From positions 1-64,000 of IMG/VR virus record IMGVR_UViG_3300020409_000014: a stretch of 64,000 nucleotides of DNA; one strand, 5' to 3'. Positions 1 to 9,900 of this stretch are shown piece by piece. The notes beneath the pieces were generated by a model. The model was not told where the DNA came from. It made no database searches and worked only from the letters and a program-made list of their open reading frames with translations. The DNA comes from a virus (Duplodnaviria > Caudoviricetes). Every line of letters starts with the position of its first letter. Position 1 is the stretch's first letter. Made by a program: the position numbers and the translations under genes.

Positions 1-3000
1 GTTGTGTTGCTATTGACTGTAAGAGTATCGGTGTTTGCATTACCGATAGTTACGTTGTCAGTAAACTGTGTATTGTCATTAAAGGTTGCGTCACCGTGGA
101 CTGTCAAAGTACCTGTGCCTTGTCCAACACGACCAATTATTGTATTACCATTATCACTATCAACTGCAAACTGTATCTGACCAGAAGCATTGTTGATATT
201 AAAGACTTCGTTATCAGACTGTAAGATTATAGAATCGTAGACTGTGGTTGTGCCATCTACAGTTAAAGTAGAATTAAAATCTACTGCCTGATCTACATTA
301 AGAGTTGAATCAAAATCTACCGCTTGATTAACTGTAAGGTTATCTGTAAGGGTAGTGTCTGAGTTAACTGTTAATGTATCACTAGATTGATTACCAATAG
401 TAGCGTTGCCATCTACTTGGAAAGTATTTTCTAATACTACTGCTGATCCTACAGTAAGTGTGCCTCTGATATCTGTATTACCATTTGTAGAAAGGACGGT
501 AAATTTATCATCAGTGCCGTTTGTAATCTTGAAATTCTTACCAGTGGTATCAAGTGTAATATCATCATGGAATACTGAATCATTATCAACATCCAATGTT
601 GAATTAAATGTAACAGCAGAATCTACATCAAGAGTGCTATTAAATGTTACTCCACTATCTACATCTAATGTGCCATCTGTATGTGTATTACCATTATCTG
701 TATCAATATCAAATACACTAGTGCCACCTGCAGTTTTAATCTCGAATTTTTTATTATCTGCTTGTAAAAGAAGACCATCAGTTATAGTTGTTTGTAACTG
801 AATATCAACTGTACCTTCAATAACTGTGTTACCTGTAGCACTTTCGATAGTAACCTTATCAGTAGTGCCATTTCTAACAGCGAAGTTTGCATCTATGTCA
901 ACAGTGCCATCAATCTCAACGTTACCATTCAAGTGGGTTGTGCCACCGACGTTAAGATTTTCAGAAATACCTGCACCACCAGTTACAACTAGTGTACCTG
1001 TTGTAGGTGTCTTCCAAGTAGATCCTGTATTAGTTGTTAATCTGAGGTTACCACCAATGATAGCAGCGTCAGTCCCAGTAAATGTTTCAGAAGAGTTGGT
1101 CGCATTGTAGAGGAAGCGATACCCGCCAGTGCCAGACCATATATTGCTGTCTGCATAATCTTCGTCCCACCCGAAGAATCCGAATCTTTCTTGTGTATCA
1201 TAATATCTAAATTCTACACCACGGTCTAAGTTATCATCTGATACAAGAGTATCTTCACCACCTAGAGTGATGATAGGATCTTGGACTGTTATTGTAGTTG
1301 AGTTTACAGTTGTAGTTGTGCCATCTACTTGGAGATCTCCACGGACTCTAACAAGACCAGTAGCACCATCATCGTCATTAGGATCAATTATCAACGTAGA
1401 GTTGGTAGTTGAAATAACGTTGTCTTGGAAATGGAAGTCCTCTACGTTGACTCTATTGGCAACGTTTGTGGCATTGATAGTAATATCATTTTCAGAAGTG
1501 ATATTGATAAGAGCATTACCACTACCTGCATTTGTCGCATTAATTAATAGAGTGCGATCTTCTGTTGTATTTTGTGTATGTTGGAAAGTAAGATTACCAT
1601 TACCAGTCTTGTCTAGAGTCTGGTCGATTGCACCATCTAAAGTAATATCTGGATCAGAGAAGTAAGTCCTTACATTAATATCAACTTCTCCTGCACCACC
1701 ATCAGTGATAGTTAAACTATTACCTTGTCCTGTGTGATGATGACACCAATAGTATAAACTTGCAGGTGCATCAGTCTGCACTAAAATTTCTGCGACACGA
1801 GTTGTAGCAGCATCAAAACCACTTACATACCCTGCCATAGTAACGACAGCACCATCTAACTTATAGGTAACACCCATCATGTAATGACCATTACCATTAT
1901 GGTCACCATCAGATCCTGTGCTAAACATCAGTGGATGATTCATTCCACCGTATACTTCGTTGCTATTATCAGATTGGTCGAAGACGTAAGTTACTCCTTT
2001 CTTAAGACCAATGCTAGGTTTCTCTACAGCATCTAAGTAAAATACACCTGTGGACTGTCCACCAACATTATCTACACCAACTGTAACTGCTATGTTAGTG
2101 ATTAACTGTTGAGTCCCACCACTACCATCACCAGTATTATTAACACCAAAGAGTAGGTTACCAGTTGTATCGTTTACCTTCGTATAATTAAGATAATTAA
2201 ATCCTCTATAACCAGTAGTTGATGTTAACTCCTGATCTAATTCAAAATCCTCTTTTGTATTACCATCAGCAAAAGAGATTCTATTATTTTGTAGTTGTAG
2301 ATTATCTACTCCATTCTCAGCGATGGTTACAAAACCACCTTCATATCCACTTGCAGGATTCCATGCTGTTACATCAAAATCCTCTTGATTGAAAGATGCT
2401 AAACCCTTTTGTGGGGTTACAGCAGTTCCCAAATAACGCCAAGACCCTGTGTCGGAGGTGTCCGTGTGTGTAGGCTCACCGCCTCCAGAACTGATAGCAG
2501 CGATAGCCTCATACAAGCGATTACTTGCATTTTTGACTTTTGCATAGCGAGCGTAAGTTGTTGCGTTGTCGAATGCACTCACCTCACTACCTTGTGTAGC
2601 GGTAGCGATCGGAATGGTTAATGCTTGTGTTAAACGACCATATCTATCTACTGTAAATTCTGTTGTGTTTACAGTTTCGTCGTCGGGTAAATTTACCGAT
2701 ACTAGTGGAGTGTCTAAGTTACCTGTAGGGTTGTAGTAACCAACGACAACTGTGGTATCAGCAAGGTCAATAAATGGGTTATTACTTTGACCGTTACCAT
2801 TATTAATTACTAAACGACCAGATCCACCTGTTAGTGTCCTAGTTGTAATTGTACCTTCTGCTTGACGTGACATCAAACCAAAGGATGTCATGTCTGCTAT
2901 AGATTGTAAATCTGTGTCCGCTGCCTGAGCGTCAGCAATACCATATTCTGATAAAGTTGTTGGGTTAGTAGCAGCAGTAACACGACCACGAGAGTCTAGT

Positions 3001-3437
3001 GTTAACTGTGTATATGTCCCTGTAGCATCTAAATCATTAGCATCATAATGAGGTAAGCCTGGTTGATAATTCAACTCAGCAGTAATGGTTAAGTTTGCAG
3101 ATCCATCAAAAGTACCACTACCAGACATGTCACCACCAAGAGTGATCTGTCTTGCGTTTGCTAATCTAGTTGCTGTTGCTGAGTTACCTACCAGAGATCC
3201 AGTGATTGCACCTGCCTCAAAGTTACCGTCAGCATCCCTCTTAACAAGAGTGTTCGCAGTATTAGATTCCGTTTCTAGTGGACGCTCATAGCGTAAACTA
3301 TTCCACGGAGTAACACCGTCACCAATTTTTATTCTAGACGTGTCAATCTCGATACCTAACTCACCCTGAGCAAGTATCGGGTTAATGTTTGCCCACTGCT
3401 GAGCACCATCACGTCTTAGTTGTAGTCTATTTGCCAT
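1..3437 (-). CDS. Large tail fibre / fibre-like structural protein, truncated at the window edge (absent from the ORF track)
   Basis: Translated by hand from ATG at 3437 (MANRLQLRRDGAQQWANINPILAQGELGIEIDTSRIKIGDGVTPWNSLRY, an Mtd_N-type fibre N-terminus); frame appears open to base 1; contains CBM-like, cupredoxin-like and TLDVD beta-repeat segments; late promoter upstream. Confidence 0.88.
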   Translation of the reverse strand, partial: MANRLQLRRDGAQQWANINPILAQGELGIEIDTSRIKIGDGVTPWNSLRYERPLETESNTANTLVKRDADGNFEAGAITGSLVGNSATATRLANARQITLGGDMSGSGTFDGSANLTITAELNYQPGLPHYDANDLDATGTYTQLTLDSRGRVTAATNPTTLSEYGIADAQAADTDLQSIADMTSFGLMSRQAEGTITTRTLTGGSGRLVINNGNGQSNNPFIDLADTTVVVGYYNPTGNLDTPLVSVNLPDDETVNTTEFTVDRYGRLTQALTIPIATATQGSEVSAFDNATTYARYAKVKNASNRLYEAIAAISSGGGEPTHTDTSDTGSWRYLGTAVTPQKGLASFNQEDFDVTAWNPASGYEGGFVTIAENGVDNLQLQNNRISFADGNTKEDFELDQELTSTTGYRGFNYLNYTKVNDTTGNLLFGVNNTGDGSGGTQQLITNIAVTVGVDNVGGQSTGVFYLDAVEKPSIGLKKGVTYVFDQSDNSNEVYGGMNHPLMFSTGSDGDHNGNGHYMMGVTYKLDGAVVTMAGYVSGFDAATTRVAEILVQTDAPASLYYWCHHHTGQGNSLTITDGGAGEVDINVRTYFSDPDITLDGAIDQTLDKTGNGNLTFQHTQNTTEDRTLLINATNAGSGNALINITSENDITINATNVANRVNVEDFHFQDNVISTTNSTLIIDPNDDDGATGLVRVRGDLQVDGTTTTVNSTTITVQDPIITLGGEDTLVSDDNLDRGVEFRYYDTQERFGFFGWDEDYADSNIWSGTGGYRFLYNATNSSETFTGTDAAIIGGNLRLTTNTGSTWKTPTTGTLVVTGGAGISENLNVGGTTHLNGNVEIDGTVDIDANFAVRNGTTDKVTIESATGNTVIEGTVDIQLQTTITDGLLLQADNKKFEIKTAGGTSVFDIDTDNGNTHTDGTLDVDSGVTFNSTLDVDSAVTFNSTLDVDNDSVFHDDITLDTTGKNFKITNGTDDKFTVLSTNGNTDIRGTLTVGSAVVLENTFQVDGNATIGNQSSDTLTVNSDTTLTDNLTVNQAVDFDSTLNVDQAVDFNSTLTVDGTTTVYDSIILQSDNEVFNINNASGQIQFAVDSDNGNTIIGRVGQGTGTLTVHGDATFNDNTQFTDNVTIGNANTDTLTVNSNT

Positions 3438-3469
3438 TGCTTAAAGGATCCTTGCAACTGCACACTATG

Positions 3470-3697
3470 TTATTCTGGACTATTTATGTCCTCAGTGACC
3501 TCTGTTGTTGCAGCTAGTTTCTCAGGTGATAGATATTCTAATGTTTCGATTGCACCTAATAGTTTAAGTGCTGTCTGCTCGTTTTGACGAATTTTGTCAG
3601 TCAATTCTTTGTTTTCACCAATCAACTTTTCGTAACGAGTCTTGAATTGATCAAGAAGCTCTTCCTTAGAAAGAGATTCAGTTTTAGTTGCTGTCAT
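3470..3697 (-). CDS. Small coiled-coil hypothetical protein
   Basis: 75-aa ORF with heptad pattern, overlaps the upstream ORF. Confidence 0.75.
   Translation of the reverse strand: MTATKTESLSKEELLDQFKTRYEKLIGENKELTDKIRQNEQTALKLLGAIETLEYLSPEKLAATTEVTEDINSPE
3481..3487 (-). promoter_or_regulatory. T4-type late promoter (ATAAATA)
   Basis: ATAAATA on the minus strand about 45 nt upstream of the fibre start. Confidence 0.65.
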
Positions 3698-3929
3698 TTT
3701 GTAGCTCCAATAATGATTTGAGTAGACCTTTAATATCCTTTAGATCTGATTTTACTTCATCAACTTCAGTTTGTAAAGTCTCTATTGTGACTTCCTGTTT
3801 TGCCCGCTTGTTATAGGCATTCATGTATTTTTCGTATTCTGATGTATTGTTGTTTACGATGGCATTTGTCAGGGGATCACGATACCAACCCTCTTTTCCA
3901 TCAACAGGAATGAGTTTTCTAAAGTCCAT
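3684..3929 (-). CDS. Hypothetical protein with C-terminal coiled coil
   Basis: 81-aa ORF (RDPLTNAIVN motif, then heptad-rich C-terminus) directly after the DUF4815 gene. Confidence 0.8.
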   Translation of the reverse strand: MDFRKLIPVDGKEGWYRDPLTNAIVNNNTSEYEKYMNAYNKRAKQEVTIETLQTEVDEVKSDLKDIKGLLKSLLELQNDSN

Positions 3930-3932
3930 AGC

Positions 3933-3961
3933 TTGACAAATAATAAAATAATAAGTAGACT
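3933..3961 (+). promoter_or_regulatory. Sigma70-type promoter pointing antisense into the DUF4815 gene
   Basis: TTGACA (3933-3938), 17 nt, TAGACT (3956-3961), intergenic. Confidence 0.5.
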
Positions 3962-3997
3962 AAGCTTGTCGGTTTTCGGGATCGAAGTTTAGGTACT

Positions 3998-6900
3998 TTA
4001 AGTAGCGAGTGCTGTAGACCTAAAGTCAATAATCTGAGGGACAGATGCTTGATTTCTAGACCTCATTACAATCTTCACTTGGAAAGCGTTGAAATTAAGT
4101 CCAGTTGCTTCGTAAGAATAATCTCTAAATTCAAAAACGTCCGACGCAGGAATTGCAACCTTAGGTTGTATCTCTACAAAGTTGATTGTATCAGGATCAA
4201 CTTCACTTCCTGATTCAAAAGTCTTAATATAAACTCTTGTTTCAGTCCCTTGTGGGCGATAGCAACCAAAATCAATCTTAAGTGTGCGTGAAAGTTGAGC
4301 AAGGTTTGCTATTCTTGTGAGATAAACGGCGTCGTTTTGATCTCCACTAGGCTCTAAGGATACGTTTGCAGTAGATTCAATCAAACTGTTGATACCAAGA
4401 GGTTGAGGACCACCTGGCCAGTAGTTGATTCTATTACTGATCGTGATAAGAGATGTCCTATCAAGATCCACATATGGTGAGACGTTAGGATTCTCAGTAT
4501 TTAATGTGCAGTCAAGAGATATACTTTTATTACCACCCAACTTATTATCCTCATTAACCTTAGAGCAGATCATCTGAGGAGTTGCGAAGTAATTTTCTGT
4601 ATTTAGTGTGATGTCATAATATGCACCGTTGTTAACGAAGGATGCTTGATCCACAACCGCCGTGCCATCTCCAACGGAGGTGCTGCTAGTAGTATTTACA
4701 CGAGAAACAATACTTGTTTCTGGGAATACTAAGTTGGCAACTGATGGACGTAGAGTCTCAAATTGATAGTTTTGAGATGCCATTGCCATGAAACCACCAC
4801 CTCTAATACCGTTGTTAGCAACGGATGTAGTATTCAATAAGTAATGATCCATCCATGGATCTTCTATTCCATCATGTACCTTGTTGATTTCTGTAAGAGG
4901 AATACCATCAAGGTTATAACAAACTACAGGTGATCCAGTAGGATGATCTTGGTCAGCGGTGCCGTTAGATCCTCTACCAGACGTTGCAACTGTAACCACT
5001 TTACCATCTGTAGCGATAGCAGAGTATTGAATAATCTCACTACCGATCATTAAGTAACCAGGATTTAGGTTACCGATCGCTTGTCCATTAACTTGTGTAT
5101 GGAATGCTATTGCACTCTCTACGTTAATAGATGTAGCACCTGCTGCCAACGAAGAAGTCAATGTTGTTGGTGGAATTTCTGAGATTATACCTTTGACGTC
5201 AACATTGTTGGTACGTTGGTGCATACAATGATTCTTGTGATACACGAGGACTTTACGATCCTTCGCCTGATATGATGGTGCCGAAACAGGGTAGTTATTC
5301 CTTGTGTCTCCACTATAGGCAACAGAGGTAATAGTAGCAGTGACAACCCCGCCATTCTCCGAGAGAGTGTCTGCAAGGTCGAAGTCTTTATCAACATAGT
5401 TTACATACAATACAGGATTAGTTGCAGTACTATTATCAGGTAGAGTATCACCTGTCGCATAGTATGCTGTAACTCTTGCAGTAGAATTGGATGTAGATCC
5501 AGTTATAATGTCGTTTGTTGTAGTTGCAGTACCTGTTGCAGGATTAGGTCTAGGTGAGAAGTCACCGTTAGACACTGTAGACAACTGGAAAATCGCGGTC
5601 GCCTGAGACGATACGATTCCTTGGAATGCATTATTACTTGCATCTAAGAAACCTGCAGACCATATACCTGATATATCATTGATAGTAATAGTATTAGGTG
5701 ATGCTGTTGAATCAAATGCTGACACTGTGCCAGATGCACCTGATGGTGACTGAGTTAATCTAGCACCAACTGTGTAGTCAAATGATCCTGATGGTAGAGT
5801 CAATACTTGCTCTGGTTGAATAGTAACTACTGGGTTATCTACTAATCTAGTATAACCACCATTGGTCTCACCCATCTCAACGTTTTCGAGTGTTACTGTG
5901 CCAGTTACGTTAGTATCGAATGCTGCTTTATAAATTGTAAACTTAAGATCCTCATATTGGTCAGCAGTCCAAGTAGATGCGTTTTGTGATTTGAATAACA
6001 CACCTGCATATGGTTGCTCAGATATTGTCCTGTTACCTGATTTTTCTACGTCACCCATTCTGGATATCCAGACTTGATATTCGTTAGAGTCAGATAGTAA
6101 TACGAAACAATATTCAACCGACTGTTTAATATAAACAGGAGATCTAAATGTAAATCTTGTTGGAATCAATCCACTTTCTGATATCTCAACATCTGCAGCG
6201 TTAACTGTAATATCAGATAGAGGTAAGATATCTTTAGTAGGATTACCATTCTCCATAGTCCTTATCTGCATGGAAAGAGGAATGTTGGAGTCCTTAGTCC
6301 TAAAGAATAGATCAACAGAGGTAATCATAATACCACCTTCTTCATCCACAATGAATGATTGTGCAAGAGGGTCATACCAACCAATCTGTCTAGTCTCAGT
6401 CCTAGTAGAGTTTGTTAATACTCTTTCATCACTAACTGTGTCACGGACGATCTCAGCATTTCTAATTGCAAGAATGTTTTCTCTAACAGTCTGCAATGTA
6501 CCTGTTGCTCTGTATTCTACGTCAGCAGATGAGTCAACTGTGCCAGGTGTCCTTTCATTTGAAGCACTAGTTGTCAATCTAATAGTCCTTGTACCTGTTG
6601 ACCAACGTGGGTTGGAGTCAATTTTAGGAGATGGAATATAGAAAGTGCCTTTAAAGTTACCAACGTTGTCAGTCAATAGACGACGGTCTTTAACATATGC
6701 AGCAGCACCTGAGGTTAGACCTACAAGCAATTCACCAATTTTAACGTTACCTTGGAATTCACCGTTGGCAGTAGACGCCATCTCATCGACGTCAATATTT
6801 AATATGTTGGTGTTAGATGCATATGATGAAGGTAATGTTGCAGCACCTGTGCCATATGGTGTAGTTACATATGCGTCATCTGCTGCAGCAACTTTTATCT

Positions 6901-9900
6901 TCACGCCACTCTCAATACCAACAACAGTCTCACCTACCACAAATGGTATTTGGTTACTGTTATCAATCGTGCTGTCAGAAGGTTGGTTAAATGTATTAGC
7001 ACCTGGTGCAGTTACAACTTCGTTAATGATATTACTGTTACTACCTGTCTTGTTTAACTCAATTACTTTAGGTGTAATGTATGCTGTAATATCAACTCCA
7101 TCAAAGAATGCATATACTCTAGTCCTTGGTTTCATTCTATAAACATCAAATGCAATGTTTCTAGATCTGATCCATGGGACAGCAGTCTGTGATAATATTG
7201 TGTCACCCATAGATTTTCTTTCAATCTTAGGTACAATTCTTGTCCTAATACCTTGTCTAGACTGATTCTCTGTGACTGCAAATGTGCGTCTTTCGTGAAT
7301 AAATTCAAGACCTTGATGTCTTGTGCCGACCCAAGTACCTCCACCACTATGACTACCAGTCCTGTTAATGATGGTATCTGTAGAAATTAAACTTTCTCCA
7401 ACCCAGTTAGTTTCCCAACCACCCCATTGGATAGGTGCAAAACCTGTGTTAGGATCAATATTTAATTCATTTTGTACTGATGAGAAATCTCCTTCTACAT
7501 TCTCTACTCTAGCTGGAAGTCTATTTGTTTCGATCCAGTCGTCTGATGTAGGATTAAGATCAATACGCCCGATGAAAGTAAAGACGTTAAATGGGTTAAC
7601 GTTCTCGGATCGCGAACAATAGGGCTGCTTAACGATTTCAACATCTGTATATGGTAGCATGCAAATGTTTGCAGGAGTTGTTGTAACATTAGTTGATTTT
7701 GTTTGGTTAATTTTTAGAGGGACATTCTGTGTGAAGTGAGAAGGTCTCAAGATTCCTTCTTTGAAATCTAGAGAGCATTTATAATCTGCACTATTAACAT
7801 CACCAATCTTATGATCAGTAAAGTCATCTACAACAAAACCATTCTTTAATCTATCAAAACCATTCTCGTCATAAGAAGCGGTATTTTCTGCTTTAACTTC
7901 TAATAAAGATAATGCAGTATAATATTCAACGTTGGTGAGACGTTTCTCCATATCACCAATGTCTTTCATCGTATAACGCTTGATGATTTCTTGGTTAATT
8001 GTTGAGTCACGCTCAGGATCAAACATATATGCTCTATGCTTCAATGTCGCTAGACACATAGCATTTTGCATATTGTCGGGTGGTTGTGGATCTTCGGAAG
8101 AATTACCTTTAAGTAACTGTAACTTGTTATCGTGAGTTAGGAATAGTTTATCTGTCCTAGGTAGGTAGTAATCAAAGTCACAACGGAATTCTGTTTCTGC
8201 CTTAGGAATATCAAACAATGTCGCTGCTGCTGCAGCACCTGCACCCTGTCCAGTAGTAGAGAATTGTCTTGCATCAAAGTCAAGAGTTGCACAAGTAACC
8301 TCGAAAGGACTACCAACTGTACCTTGTCCTGTTGCTAATTCACCAACTGCAGGTCTAAAGTCAATCTGATCTCTAACAGTTTGACTAGATCCTTTAAGTA
8401 TAGGTGAAGGAATATCTGAAAATTCTATACCAGTATATGATTGACCAGAGAAATAATCTCCTGATGCTTCATGAATGAAGTAGTCAAACACTGCCATCAA
8501 CTGTCTAGTTGGAGGAGTTGTGCCAGGTTTTCTTACTAGACGTGATACATCATAGAAGAATGGGTTTTGTGCTTGATTTAATTCATATTGATTTGTGATA
8601 ACTTTAGATCCTTTTTCAACAGATCCGTCAGCATCATCAATAGTTGCAGTCAATACGTTATTATCAGCGTCTACACCTGTTACTGTTTCGCCAGGACTAA
8701 ACGAGGATCCGTTAAGATCAACATTATAAAGTCTTAGAGTTGAGTTGATAAATGATACAACTATTGCTCTTGCTCCACTTGTGCCTCCTGTGATAACTGT
8801 GCCAGGTGCAAAGAAAGTTGCCTCTGAGAGTACAATGTAAGGTATCTTGGGAGGGTTGTCATCTGAGGATTCATAGACTGCGTGGAGTTTATATACATCG
8901 TTGAGACCGAATGAGATCTCAGTGTCTTCGATTCTTGTGCCATAAAGTCCTCCATATAGTAGACCAAATCTTTGGACGTCTTGTTGTTTTGCAGTCCTAG
9001 TGATTTTCATAGCACGCATCTTAGATGCGGTTTTAATTTTTCTAGAAACAATATTCTTAGATACCAGTGCAGTCAACTTAACTGTGGTAACATTTGTCAA
9101 ACCACCAATAGTGATAGACTGTCTGTCAGCACCATAAGTAACTGTCAATGCACCTGAGTCTGAAAGTGCTTCAATGTCTAAGTTTTGTCCTACAGAATAT
9201 GCAGATCCTCCCTCAGCGAGGACAGTAAGAATATAATTATCATCATCTAACGCAGCAAACTGCTCAGATTCTGGAAGTGCAACAGTTAAACCACCTGATA
9301 CAACAGTCTTGTTATCAAACGTCCTAAAGACAAAGAATGATTCATCACTAATAGATTTGATTGTCTTCTTAGGCATATCTTGAGACAACTGACCTGCAGG
9401 TATATTTTGTCCATATAGATATGGTCTATATCTTACAACAGTTGTATATGTGCCATCAGTTATAGATCCTTTTGTTAGACTAGTATCAACTGTAGCAGTC
9501 TGTGCTTGATAATCAAAGACATAAGGTGTAACACCTGTGTTGTTTTGAGATGTTAGGTTGATAGCATTCTTAACTGCTTTTGTAATCACAAAAGTTTTTT
9601 CACCCTCAGGAGATGATAATCCATCAGGGCATAATACATCACCTGGTCTGAGGTCTTGCTCAAACTTAGATCCATTTGTACCTGTAATCTTAGGGGGAGA
9701 TCCGTTTAGATCAACAGTAATAGATGCACCTCTGATTGCTTGTCTATCATTAAGTAAGAAGTTAGCAAGGAAACTTACAATAGATGATGCGTTATAACCT
9801 ACAGCAGATCTTGCGTCAATAACTTTGTATGTATGGACAGCATCCAATGTGCCAACAACTCTACCATCTCTAGTGATTACTTCACCGTCAACGAAGTTAC

